Positions 1 through 15,336 are shown, numbered from the stretch's first letter. The stretch is DNA of 64,000 nucleotides from the human T2T-CHM13v2.0 reference genome, Homo sapiens (GCF_009914755.1 NC_060933.1), one strand, 5' to 3'. The notes: generated from the sequence alone by a model not told the origin. Numbers and translations: made by a program.

Positions 1-215
1 CTCTGCCTCCCAGGTTCAAGCAATTCTCCTGCCTCAGCCTCCCAAGTAGCTGGGATTATAGGTGCCCGCCACCATGCCCAGCAAATTTTTGTATTTTTAG
101 TAGAGATGGGGTTTCACCCTTTTGGCCAGGCAGGTCTCGAACTCCTGACCTTGTGATCCCCCCACCTTGGCCTCCCAAAGTGCTGGGATTACAGGCATGA
201 GCCACTGCACCCGGC
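1..215 (-). mobile_element. Alu (AluS-type), cut by the window start
   Basis: Reverse Alu consensus ending ...gagccactgcacccggc. Confidence 0.92.
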
Positions 216-297
216 TGACTGAGGCCATTCTAAGGAATATACAGCAAGCTCTTCACTACCCATTTTTGTTAACTGAGGTATAACTAAATGATACACA

Positions 298-397
298 GGC
301 CCAGCACAGTGGCACGAACCTATAGTCACAGCAACTTGGGAAGCTGAGGTGGGAGGATTGCTTGAGATCAGGAGTTTGAGTCCAGCCTGGGCAACAC
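298..397 (+). mobile_element. Free Alu monomer (FLAM/FAM-like) within an old L1M fragment
   Basis: ggcccagcacagtggcac...gagtttgagtccagcctgggcaaca, monomer only. Confidence 0.7.
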
Positions 398-2730
398 ACG
401 TGTATAGGTCTATGAGTCTGGAAGAATGTATATAGCCATGGAATCACTACCATGTCAAAACATAGGATATTTCCATTATCCCAAAAAGTTCCCTCCTGCC
501 CCTCTGCAGTCAAACACTTCCCTCCCCCAGCTCCTGGCAACTGCTGATCTGAACTGTAGACCTGAAAATGTCATTCAGAACCCATTTCATCTGGACCCTT
601 CTCTCTGTGTCAACATTGCTGTGAGCGGTGTCTGTGGGATTTTTCTGGACGTTCTCTGCCATGCCCCTGCTCCTTCCTTCCTGCCTTCTGGAAGGCACCC
701 CTGCCAGGAGTCGGCTGCATTAAAGTGGGTGTTTCAGGGGTGTCTTCCTTTACTCTCTTCTCACTGATTTCCAGCTATCCCTGTGTCTCTTGTTTAATGA
801 GTGCCTTCACCCATATCCTTAAACCCACCAGGGCGACCTTCCTGCCCCTTTCTTTGGAGAGCTGTATCTGTATTTCCAGTGGAGACACAGACTGTTCCTT
901 AGATCCTATTAACCCTCTGAGCTCTCTCTCTTCAAGCCAGGCTCATTTCTGGCTTGGCCAATCTGCCTCCTCCCGTGTCCTTTCCATGACACGGTGATGG
1001 CATCACCAGCCAGTCACCAAGCTAGAACAATCCCTTCACCCGGCCCCTACTGTAGGAGGATACTTTTAGAGTATGTCTGCAATTCACCCCCACTCTCTGT
1101 ATCTACTTCTGTGGCCAAAGTGCGGACCTTGATTTCCTCTGGCCCCAGCTGAATTAACCCACCTCTCTGGGCCTGGTTCTCTTTTCACTAAACATTCTCC
1201 ACATTGCTGCCAGAGCTATTTTTCTAAAATACACATCAGACCACATTCTTCTCCTCCTTCTTTAAAAACAAAAAATCAAAAAAAAAAAAAACCAAGAAAC
1301 AAACAAAAAACCCACCCTACCGTGGCTCCTCAGTGTGTAGAGATCAGATTCAAGTTCCGTGAGATGGTCTTCAAGATCCTTGGCCATGTGACCCCGTCCT
1401 GCTATCCCAATCCCATTCCCATTCCCATCCCCAGCCTCCCCACCTCATCCAACTCCAGCCACATTGGATCACCCCAGGAGAGGATGTCATGTATTAGTAC
1501 TCTGGTGCCTTTGAGTCAAAACTCACTGTTTTGCCAGTTCAGAGGTTGAGCCCTTTTTGAAGAATCCCCTCTTCTTCCACAGCCCAGGTAAGTTCTACCC
1601 CAGGCATAATGAGCTGTTATCCCCCTGGGATCTGAGGGCATTCAGAATACCAACACAATGCTCTCCAGATACCTCTATGCTATTCAAATCCATGCATCTC
1701 ACACCTGCTCATCTTAAAATCTCTGTGCCTCACATGCAGGAAGAATTCAAATGATGCTGATTGAAAAAACATTGTGTCCAATATTAGATGAAGTATGTAA
1801 ATATCAAGGCAAGAATCTGCACTTTTTGTCTGTCTATTGCTTGTTTGCACAATAGAGCCACATGGTTTATTATAAAAAATTATTATAATGTATGCTGTTT
1901 AAGCTCAGATCACTTTGCACTAATGATGATGATAATGATGGGTTAGAATTTTTTTTCTTTTCTTGCCATGGGATCTGCCAGGTTTTAAGAATTCTTTTTT
2001 ATTCTAAACCAAATTCAGGAGCACTCCCAAAGACAAGAAATCAAATTTAGGCCACTGATGGTACCAACGGAAGGCTATCACTCTGTAGCTATACCAAATG
2101 AAGCCAATCTTCATGGATTTTAAGCACTTTGATAAGCTTTTATATCTCTTCTCCTCTCCTTTACCTCCATAGATAACACAAAATAACAGAATAATCAACC
2201 AATAGCAACGTAATCCCATCACAACAACATCAAAAATGAGAATTCATATGATTCAGTAATTTCCTAAGCCAGAACTTCCCACCTGATGTGCTGGGGAAGT
2301 GAGAGGGTGAGGACTGCTTTCCCCAGCCCTTAGGGTGACTGGGCAGATCCTGTCTGGTGTGAGCATTCAACCCTACTGATTACATCATTTTGGGTGCTAT
2401 GTGTGATAAAGGTTGACAACCACTGTCCTAAGCCATTCTACCATTTAAATAGACTGAATTCTCCCAAGTTATGTTCTTACTTGCCTTAGGAAGGAAATTA
2501 GTATTATGACTCTAAGGATCCTGAACACATGATCTAAAAAAAGAAAAACCCAAACCACAATGGCAAAGGTAGGTGAGACAGAGTGTTTAGAAAAATAGCG
2601 AATACTGTACTATTAATTACTCCCAATTCTCCCTAATCCATGATTTTTAAAGAGCGGGTGGAGCATAACGATTTGAGGCACTGCGACAATGCAGAATGGG
2701 GAGGGTTTTTGGAAAATGTGACTCACTCAC

Positions 2731-5332
2731 CGTTCCGACCAAAGGGTAAATGAACCCAGCACCTATGCTGGCCCGGACATCACTGATAGGTAAGATGAAG
2801 TCACTTGGCACACCTTTTTTGTCAGGTTGGTGAGACAGAGAAAGATCGGTCTTTGCCATGCAGATGGGCAAATTTCCAAAACCCTGTAAGAAAGGAAAGA
2901 AAATGTGTTCACTGATATAGATGTGAGTCTCCTGTGTTTTTCAATTTGCACTTTATACAGTCTCGGCAGCAATGGTATGCCAGCTCAGATCGAGGCACAT
3001 GCAGGAGCTGCTTGTTACTACTTGTTCACTGAAGAAGCAAGAAGGTGAGGATAAAAACTCATCTCTATGTGATGACTGTTTAGTAGGTCAAGGGTGACTA
3101 TTGTTTATTTTGGAGGTTCTCGTTAAGAGAAGGCAGTGTTATGTGCAAGTTTGGGAAAAGCATTGCTATTTTCAGGCAAAGCAGCAGCTGTAGAAACCGC
3201 TTTCCAAGACTATTAATATCCGGGACCCAGCAAGGTAGTCTGGAGAAAGGCTCTGCGACTAGGCTCTTAGTCATGTTGTTCACTCATTCTGGAGTCAGTC
3301 AAGAAGCAAAGGGTTCCTTTGTGTTGGTTTATGAATCATGGTTATTTGATCTGCAACTACATTACAAGAACTAAGATGAGGTCACTATTTAAGCTTCCTG
3401 TTTTTAAGGACAAAAGTCTATGTCTGACCCAGAGTTCCAAAGGTGAAAGAGCAGGAAGTCACATGTGGTGTCTCACAAAAAGCACAGTGTCCTATAAGCC
3501 TGTTTCTGATTAAATGGCACACAGTGTTCCTTTAGAGGCTTTGCTAATTCATTGCAACCACATACTTGGCACTAACTTTAAAAAAAATAAAAATAGAGAT
3601 GGAGGTTTTGCTATGTTGCTCAGAGTGGTCTCAACTCCTGGCTTCAACTGATCCTCTGCCTTGCCCCCACAAAGTGCTGGGATTACAGGTGTGAGCACCG
3701 TGCCTGGTTGACACGACTTTTAAGGAGTATTTCCTTGATAGAGATAAAGGGAATGAAATCTTTAGTCAAATTTTCATAAGACTTAGCCTAAAACTATTTG
3801 GAAGATCTTAGAGTCTTATCAACTTAGGGAGGACTTGGGATTGGGGCCATTTTCTTTTTGAAATCTCCACTCTTCTATACTGATAAGAATTTTGCTGAGT
3901 GAGAATCACAACTGCCTTTCAGAATGGTGCCAGAATTTTGAATTTCAGACATGGTTAAATATTAAAGTAATTTCTATAGGTTTGCTAATGTAAAAATTTT
4001 GTTAGTAGGCATATTAAAAAGAAACAGAAACCAACCAGTATGCTATATACTGTCACCAGATTACTTCATAAAAGAAATAACATTTTAACACTGAAAGGAG
4101 AAAAGACTTAATATTACAATAAATGATAGTCTTAAATATCATTATTAAAAACTCGGGGAAAAAAAAACAAAGCAACCTCATGAGAATGACCTTATTTTAC
4201 TTGGTTCATTGCACATGAATGAAAACTTCACCACAATGCCTAGGCACAGAGCAGTGCTTGGGAATCCTTTTTGTAAAGGGTAAGCCAAGAACATCAGGGA
4301 AAATTCTAAGAATTTAGAACTTTCTGAGTTCCTATTTTACCAAACCTAGGAGAACAAATACCCTGGCTGGCAATGGTAGCATTTAACAAAATTTCAAATG
4401 GGTTTACAAAAAAGAATAAGGAGTTGGAGATTGTTTTTAAAGATAAGGTCAACACTACCAATCATGAAGCTCTTTAGCCAACAGGCTCTTAAAATGTTCT
4501 GACTTCTATCTATCTGATTACACCAAAGTAGGAGGGACACTGGAGGCACATGGTCCTTTTGGTAAAAGGTGGCTGAGCCTCCTGTAATGGAGTTGATTCA
4601 TCATGACTGTCACTGGACTAGGTGATGACACATGCTGTCAGATCGTAGCCACCTTCCCAGCTGTTTGCCTACTTGCCTTTCTCAGTGGCTAGAGGTAGAA
4701 GATGATGGAGCCTTCAACCTCAGTGGACCAGCTCAGTAAAAAGCCAATGAACCGCTTGCATAAGAACAGCAAACATTCCCTTCTTTATAGGCTGCACTCC
4801 TATCTGCCTACCCTGGCACCTTGCTAGCATTTTTAAGGTAGTAAGAGGCCTGTAAGGAAGAGGAAGCATTGCAATTCATGCAAATCTGACTCCGCAGCTC
4901 TACTCCAAAGGATAGTTTCAACGTTCTGGGCTGAGTGGGAGGGATGAAAGATCACACATCACCTACAAACAGGGATACCACCCATATCAGACACATTTAT
5001 AGTCACAGAAGTAAATGATGCATGGATCAGAGGATACATGCCTCACCATAAAGTTCTAAATATAGTTTACACTCTACCCGAGGATATTGCTTTCATCTTT
5101 GTTAACCAGAAAATAGATTAAGCAAAGGTTAGCTGGTGAGACATGTACAAATCCTCAAGTCAAGCTGAGTATTCTGAGAGCCTAAGGTGAATTTTTTCTT
5201 TTCCCCTAAAAGTACAACTTTTACCTGCTGAGTGTAACGATCTATTTTGACTTGTGCCTCAGGACAGAGTTCGATATCTTTGGCTCCATAGACAGCCTGG
5301 GCAATGGTCCTTATCTTGTCCACAATTGGAAG
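2731..5332 (-). pseudogene. MTHFD1L: Unprocessed partial duplicate of MTHFD1L (mitochondrial formyl-THF synthetase C-terminus): two exons, 5225-5332 and 2731-2883
   Basis: Minus-strand exon 5332->5225 (108 nt; ttctgcag| ... |gtaa) reads [36 protein letters not shown]. Exon 2883->2731 (153 nt; cttacag| ... |gtgagt) reads [51 protein letters not shown]. Both match my recollection of the MTHFD1L C-terminus with a few substitutions. Upstream exons are absent because AQP7-like sequence follows. Confidence 0.93.
3579..3709 (-). mobile_element. Free left Alu monomer (FLAM-like)
   Basis: tagagatggaggttttgctatgttg...caaagtgctgggattacaggtgtgagc. Confidence 0.75.
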
Positions 5333-5611
5333 CTGCAGAAACACAAATTATAACAAAATTGTGTAAGTTTAATCTGGTTAAAGATTTTTTAAAAAGTTTA
5401 GTGACACTTACTGTAATTGCTTAAAATTCCCTTATCAGGGTACCCCCTCAGCAACTGCAGGATTCCTCGCAAACCCTCTTTTTTCCTTTTAGCACCCTAA
5501 AGCACTGAAATTTTCAGTGTCAGAATAGATCAGATGTCAACTAGCAAATAAGCCTTAGGTGTTCAGGCAATTTAGAGGCTGCTTAGAGCCCACGTAGAAT
5601 CTGCAGAGGGA

Positions 5612-5903
5612 GGCCGGGCACAGTGGCTCACACCTATAATCCCAGTACTTTGGGAGGCTGAGGCGGGTGGATTACCTGAGGTCAGGAGTTCGAAACCAGC
5701 CTGATCAATATGGTGACACCCCGTCTTTACTAAAAATCCAAAAAAACTAGCTGGGCTTGGTGGTGCATGCCTGTAATCCAAGCTACTTGGGAGGCTGAGG
5801 CAGGAGAATCACTTGAACTGGGAGGCAGAGACTGTGGTGAGACAAGATTGTGCCACTGCACTCCAGCCTGGGTGGAGTAGGACTCCGTCTCAAAAAAAAA
5901 AAA
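5612..5903 (+). mobile_element. AluS with 14-bp TSD
   Basis: Full dimer with A tail; TSD aatctgcagaggga at 5598-5611 and 5904-5917. Confidence 0.95.
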
Positions 5904-6490
5904 AATCTGCAGAGGGAAGAGGGAAGTTAGTGCCTTACAGAGGGCTTCTGACTAGGAAGCCCCAGAACTGCGGCCGACCCCTTCCTCTCCCTGCCTCACC
6001 CCTGCAGAAAGACCTGCAGAAAAAGCTGGAAGGGGTGGGATGGTGTGTGTGGGGGTGGGGACTGGGGCTATGCAGTTTCCAGACCTGGTCTTTGGCACCC
6101 TCTACAGGACAGTTCCATTCCCACACCTGAGCTTTGGACAACTGAATCCTATGCCCCTTCCCACCCAGGGAACCTGGTGCCAGAAATTCCCAGGACTTAC
6201 CCACCATCCACCACGCCACATAGCAAGTGTCCTCAGTGTCTGCAGACCAGAAACAACTCCCTTGTGTCTCAGCACTGGGCCACCTGCTGAAACCCCAAAC
6301 TGCCTGCCCCATTGTTTGAGACCCAGTCAGGCCTTGGCTCCAAAAGTCCTCTTGGACTGCCACTGGCCCCCAGGGTCTCTCCTGACTGCACCTCGGTCCC
6401 GGAGCTCCCACACCGCTGGGCCCCGAGCCCCATGCCCCGATCCAGCTGTGGCTCCTTTATGGGGGCCTTGCTGGCCTTTCCTAAGGGAGG

Positions 6491-7006
6491 TGTTTTCCCG
6501 AGGGCAGGTGGACTGCTCCTCAGACTAGGGGCCCTCGGAGGGCCAGGCCTGGGCTTCTACCTCCTCTCGCAGGCTGGTGTTTCTCTGCAAATATGGCTCG
6601 TGTGTCCTCCTTCCTCTCAGACTGGGGGCCCCTGAGGACTGGGCCTGAGTTTCCCTCTCCCCCTTCAGAATGGGGGTTCCCTGAGGACTGACTCAGGGCC
6701 TCCCCCCGTCCCCTCCATCTGGCTGTTAATCTCCAACACTTTCACCTCCAGTCCTATTCTGCACAGCGCTCCCCAGCGCTGGGAGCTCAGAGGCCTCTTC
6801 AGCCTTCCCCAGGGCTGGGGCTCAGGGAGGGCTTCCTCAGGCGCTGGCCCCAGAGTCAGGCTGCACATTGGCTTGGAGGACAGGCCTTTCCTCTGGGACT
6901 GTGAGGCCCAGAGTGCCCACCCAGAACTCCACCTCTGACCTCACAAAGGCCTGCTTCAGAACTCGGTCTCCACTGCACTGCTGGCCAGACGAGGGATGTT
7001 ATTTTG
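6491..7006 (+). promoter_or_regulatory. Insulin-response-element-like heptamers (TGTTTTC 6491, TGTTTCT 6578, TATTTTG 7000)
   Basis: T(G/A)TTT-type heptamers upstream of exon 1. AQP7 is known to be insulin-repressed, but such short motifs are weak evidence. Confidence 0.35.
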
Positions 7007-7058
7007 GGCAGTGCATCTGGACTTGGTTCAAGTGGCACCAGCCAAATCCCTGCCTTAC

Positions 7059-7071
7059 TGACCTCTCCCCT
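7059..7071 (-). promoter_or_regulatory. DR1 / PPAR response element in the AQP7-like promoter
   Basis: tgacctctcccct is AGGGGA-G-AGGTCA on the minus strand, about 50-60 bp upstream of exon 1. AQP7 is an established PPARgamma target through a proximal PPRE. Confidence 0.72.
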
Positions 7072-7120
7072 GGAGGAGCAGGAGCAGTGCTCAAGGCCGC
7101 CCTGGGAGGGCTGAGAGGCA

Positions 7121-7268
7121 GGCTCTGGACTGGGGACACAGGGATAGCTGAGCCCCAGCTGGGGGTGGAAGCTGAGCCAGGGACAGTCACAGAGGAACAA
7201 GATCAAGATGCGCTTTAACTGAGAAGCCCCCAAGGCAGAGGCTGAGAATCAGAAGACATTTCAGCAGA
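7121..7268 (+). other. AQP7-like exon 1 (non-coding 5' UTR)
   Basis: ggctctggactggggacacagggatagctgag...ttcagcaga|gtgagt matches the recalled AQP7 mRNA 5' UTR, with a canonical donor at 7269. The TSS is approximate. Confidence 0.8.
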
Positions 7269-7925
7269 GTGAGTGGGGCTCCAGGCAGGGTGGGGATGGG
7301 GCAGCCTCCTCAGTGCCCAGATCTGGAAGGGCCATTCCTTGGGTACCATACAGCGAGGAGGTGACTGAGGGATTGTTTGGGGAAGGAGCCCCGGCTGGGA
7401 GTGGAAGTCCCGGCTTTCTTGTTATGGTGCAGTCCTGTGTTGCTGTGTGACACAGGCACATACACCTTCTCTCTGGGCCTCAGTTTCCTTACCTGTAAGT
7501 TGGTTGTTGGGAGGACCAGCGGTAGAGCAGAGATGGCAGGGATGCACTGGGCTGGGCTGTCAGCAGACCATGGGGGTGGGATGAGGAGAGAGCTGAAGAC
7601 CACCGGCAGTGGACCACAGGGGGAGGCATGCAGGCCAGAGACGGGTCAGCTGCCGGCTTGCTGGAGTCATTCCTCCCACGCAGTCCCCTCCTGAGGGGCT
7701 GGAGCTGGGGCTGGAGGGTTTCAGCAGTCAGGGCTGGAGATAAGAGTCTGTGCTGGAGCTAGAGGGAACTGGGCTAGAGAATCAGGAGGACAGACAGGGT
7801 GAGGGGACTTCGGGCTACCTTCATGCTGTCAGTTAGAGATAAAGATAGGAGTACAAAGGGGAATTTTTGGGTGAGGTACACGGGTGAAATGAGTTTTCAG
7901 GGCCTCATCCTGTGTGTTCACCTTC

Positions 7926-7976
7926 TGTGTGTGTGTGTGTGTGTGTGTGTGCATGCGTGCATGTATGTGTGTGTGC
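7926..7976. repeat. (TG)n microsatellite, AQP7-like intron 1
   Basis: TG run with a degenerate tail. Confidence 0.9.
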
Positions 7977-8388
7977 AGGTCCTGGACAGTCACAGCTTAA
8001 GTTAGCAGCAAGAGAACTTGAGGTTAAAGGTATAGCACGCAAATATGAGGCTGGAGCCACTGAGTAGAGGCTGAGGGCATCTCCACAGTCCAAAGCTGGG
8101 CTGCAGACAGGGAAGGTCAGCAGGAGCACTGGAGGGTCTGGCCTGGGGTTGGGGTCCTGGGGCCAGCATGGGTGGGGTGGGGCTCCAGGGCGTCACCTCA
8201 TTGGCTGAGCACCGCTCCTCCCTCCCTGTTCCTTGGCTGGGTTAAGGGAGTGGCACTAGCAGGAGCTGCCCCAGGGCTTCTCCCCTGGTGACAAAGATCT
8301 GATGGAAGTGTGGGGCCAAGTTCTGTGTCCTCCAGTCCTAGTGACCTCTCTTTGGCTCCTCAGCATCTACAAATCTGAAGGACAAAAC

Positions 8389-8414
8389 ATGGTTCAAGCA
8401 TCTGGGCACAGGCG
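8389..8414 (+). CDS. AQP7-like exon 2 coding part (MVQASGHRR); exon starts at 8364
   Basis: Acceptor cag 8361-8363, aaaacATGG at 8389, donor gtaagt at 8415; 26 coding nt. Confidence 0.88.
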
Positions 8415-8775
8415 GTAAGTACCCCACCTTCTTCTCACCCTCCAGCCCCCTGTCCTCCACCCAGCCCACTTCAGTGCCCTCCCTGCTCCATCCTCAGCCT
8501 CTCCCTTGGGGCAGCTGTCCCCCCTCGACCTCCTCCTCCCCACCCACCCACTCACCTCTGAGGTCCCAGAAGAAAAGCATCTTCCACCTGTTGCCTGGGC
8601 TGGGTCCTGGGGTGAGGGGAGGCTCAGAAATACTTGGATGAGGGTCAAGGCATGCAGGTGGCCTTCAACTCAACTGCACTCAGCACCTCTCACCCTCTCA
8701 GGCTCAGCTGTCTTTGGGGTGAAAAAGAGCCAGTCCTTGCAATGGCCAAGGCCCTGCCTATGTAGTCCTTGTTAG

Positions 8776-9176
<401 letters not shown>

Positions 9177-10032
9177 TCACACTGACTTTCTTTGCTTTCT
9201 TCAAACATGCTGAGAGTCCTCTGGTGACTATTCCCTCCATCTGAGAGGCTTTCTGCAGTTAACATACAGCCCACTCTCATCTCCTTCATGGCTTTGCTCC
9301 AAGGCCACCTTCTCAACAAGGATTACTCTGACTGCCCTATTTGAAATCACACCCCATCTCCAGCCCCTGCACTCCCAATTCCCCTCTCCTTGCTCTGTTT
9401 TTTCCCATAGGAGCTGGTACCTTCGCTTATACAAATGTACTTACTTATTACATTTCATTGCTGTCAGCTCCACGCAAGCAGGGATATTTGCCTGTTGTAC
9501 ACTTGGACGGAGAGAATGAATAGTGCCCCTCTGTTGACATCATTGCCTCTAGCCTACGTCTCTTTCCAGGGCTTTAGATCCTGTTTCTAGAGACCCACTG
9601 GTGTCTCACAGGCAACTCAGCTCCTAGATGGAAACAGCCTCCTCCGCCCCCCACAAGTCCACTCCTCCTGTGCTCTTGGCTCAGTCAGGGGTCCCCTTCT
9701 CTTCAGTTGCTCAAGCCAGAAGTCAAGGTCATGTCCTTGATACTTCCCTCTTCCCCATGCCTCACATCCAGTCACCAATCTCCTAAAATATCTAGAATGT
9801 GCACAGCTTCCACCATTCTTTCTACCACCACCCTACTCCCCCATGGCCATGTCAGGCCACCACCCGCCCATTCTTCAAAACTCCCTTCAGGCCTCACCTC
9901 CCATGCCTCCCCTGAGTTCCCCCAGTCCCAGGCTGCTTCTCTCTGGTGGTGTTGCCATTACCCATCTCTTCTATTAAACAGAGTGACCCAAGAGTGGAGA
10001 GTGGGTTTTGACTTTGTATCCCTGGTGCTTGA

Positions 10033-10357
<325 letters not shown>

Positions 10358-10529
10358 AACAAATGTTTGTTGAATGAAGAAATGTTGGCTAGCAGGTTGA
10401 ATTGTTGGCTCGTGGTTAGTTGGATAGTTTATGGTTGACTGGTTGATTAGATAATTCAATGAGTTAATAGCTGGTTAACAGGAGAATCAGTTAGTTGGTT
10501 TTTGATAGGTTAGTCAAAGGGTTAATAAG

Positions 10530-10859
10530 CCACCGGGCATGTTGGCTCATGCCTGAAATCCCTGCACCTTGGGAGGCTGAGGCTGGAGGATTGCTTGAGT
10601 CCAGGAGTTTGGGACCAGCTTGGGTAACATGGCAAAACCCCATCTCTACAAAAAATAGGAAAAAATAGCCGGTCATGGTGGCATGCTCCTGTAGTCCCAA
10701 CTACTTGGGAGGCTGAGGTGGGAGGATCACTTGAACCCTGGAAAGTCTAGGCTTCAGTGAGCTGTGACTGTGCCACTGCACTTCAGCCTGGGTGACAGAG
10801 TGAGACCCTGTCTCAAAAAAAAAAAAAAAAAAAAGAAAGAAAAAGAAAAAGAAAAGAAA
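10530..10859 (+). mobile_element. AluJ
   Basis: ggaggattgcttgagtccaggagttt...gtgagctgtgactgtgcc diagnostic positions; A/GAAA tail. Confidence 0.9.
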
Positions 10860-11539
10860 CAGGCATTAGTGAGTTGTTAGCTATTTAGTTCCTTGGTTAA
10901 CAGATTACTTAGGGGATCTGGTTGGCTGTCAGTTTCTTGCTTTGTAGGCTGGCTTTCTTGGGCCCCTCTTCTTAGTCTGTACCCTCTCCTTGAGCTCTCT
11001 CATCTATGCCCATGGCTCAGATGACCATCTGTGATTTGCTGTCCTCCAAATGTGTCTGTAAGTGAGACCACATGACCAGCTGCCTCCTCACTGGCCATCC
11101 CACCCAAGTGTCTAGCGGGCTCCTCACACTCAACATGTCCAGAAAGGGCCTCCTTGTCCATTCTTTCACAGCTTCTCTGCTGTGCCCCACGCTAGTCATT
11201 CCGCTGCCCTAGCCAGGACCTGAGGGCATCGCTGAGCTGCCCCGCTCCCTTCCCTCTCTAACCGAACACCAAGCCTTTCAGCTTGACTGTGCTCTTGTGG
11301 CCATTGGCACTGCCATCTCTGTGGCTCAGGCTGCCACCACTTCTCCACCCATCTGTGGAGAAGCTGATGCTCACCCTGCCTCCACTCCACTTCCTCCATC
11401 CTGGCCTCCACAGGGGAGGCAGCTCTCCTGCTGAAACCCTCCACTTGGCCCATGGCCCTCTGGTAGAGTTCAGACTCCCTAATGTGGGCCATGAGGCCTT
11501 CTGCCACCTGGCCCTGGCCCCTCTCTGCCCATCTCATGC

Positions 11540-13255
<1,716 letters not shown>

Positions 13256-13338
13256 GCTGGTGTCAGCTTCCGGGCATGCAGACAGTGAGATAGCAGAGTG
13301 ACTAAGGCCACACTTAGAGGTATCTGTATCCCTCTTCT

Positions 13339-13672
<334 letters not shown>

Positions 13673-14630
13673 CCCTCTTCTTCCTCTTTATCCTCCAGTC
13701 CCACCCCGCCACCTTCCCCAAACTCCAGTCCTATACCTCTCCCTATACGCAGATTTGGAACCTGTTACTCACCTGTTTCATCTACCTTTCCATCTAATCG
13801 TGCACTTAACTAAATATAAATCAAGTGCCAGGCCCTTTGGGAAGCTCTGAGGATCTAGTTGGGAGTAAGACAGATTCCCCAGTTTTCACCCATTCAACAA
13901 ATACTTATTGCACATCTACTATGTGCCTGGCATGGTGCTGGGCACTGAAGATACACCAGGAAGTAGATCCAGTCCTTCCTTTTCTCCCTCCCTCTCTCGG
14001 TCATTCATTCATTCACTCACTCTCTCACAAACCTCTGTTTGCACTGACCTGGTTGCACAGCCTGGTGCATTTTGCTGACCCCTTCATTTTTGACAGAACC
14101 TGGCGCATGTTTCAGTGTTCAGTGCTGTTTACAGAGCTCGGCAGCAGACTTTGTCACACCTCATGCTGTTTGTAGAGTGCCTCACTGTTGCCAGGCCCTG
14201 GCCTGTGACCCCAAAGTTCTGGCTCTAGCAGATAGGCAGACAGACAGATGGACAGACATAGACTACTGAGCTCTACTTTCCAGCCTGCTCTCTCCCACCC
14301 TGCTTTTTCCCAGAGGCTTGTTGGCACCGTGGATTGCACTTTCAGCTCCCCACCTGCCCGTCTGCAAAGTGGCCTCATTGGTGTGCCATTTTTACTGGTC
14401 CAGTCCCAACTACAAGGGGCATGGCTTGGCCATCTACCCCAGTTCCTCTCCATGTCCCCATGGCTCTCAAGTGTCTCCAATTCCAGCTGTCCCAGCTGCC
14501 CCGGGCAAGAGGAGGTGTGTGTGGCAAGTCTGCTGGGTTACCTATTAACTCAGCTGTGAGTTGAAGAGCCGATGGGCAGCAGGCAGACTTGAGTCTCCTT
14601 TCTGTCCATGGGCTCGGGCCACTGTATCAG

Positions 14631-14760
14631 GTCCACCCGTGGCTCCAAAATGGTCTCCTGGTCCGTGATAGCAAAGATCCAGGAAATATGGTGCGAGGAA
14701 GATGAGAGGAAGATGGCGCGAGAGTTCCTGGCCGAGTTCATGAGCACATATGTCATGATG
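14631..14760 (+). CDS. AQP7-like exon 3 (RSTRGSKMVSWSVIAKIQEIWCEEDERKMAREFLAEFMSTYVMM)
   Basis: tatcag| acceptor and |gtgagt donor; 130 nt; in frame with ORF 14608..14829. Confidence 0.9.
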
Positions 14761-15037
14761 GTGAGTGGGTGGGCAGCACGAAGTGGGTGGGCTCTGCCAG
14801 GGCCTTCCATGACCCCCTCCCCATTCTGACCCCATGGGTCACATTGTCCATTCCTTGCCTCTGAGCTGGGAGCCTGGGGAAGCAGCGAGGAAAGTAAGGA
14901 GGGGGGGCTTTCTCATCAAGTCTTTTTGGACAGAAAGGGCTCATAATATGTGGGGGTCAAATGAAACCATGCACTGGGGTATCCAGGGCAAGGCTGGAAA
15001 TGGGGAGAAGGGAAACCCAGAGTAAAGAGATTGAAGA

Positions 15038-15336
<299 letters not shown>

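Noticed and set aside
5612-5903. Alu as the recombinational junction between the MTHFD1L and AQP7 duplicons
   Set aside because: An identical 14-bp TSD on both sides shows that both flanks derive from one original locus.
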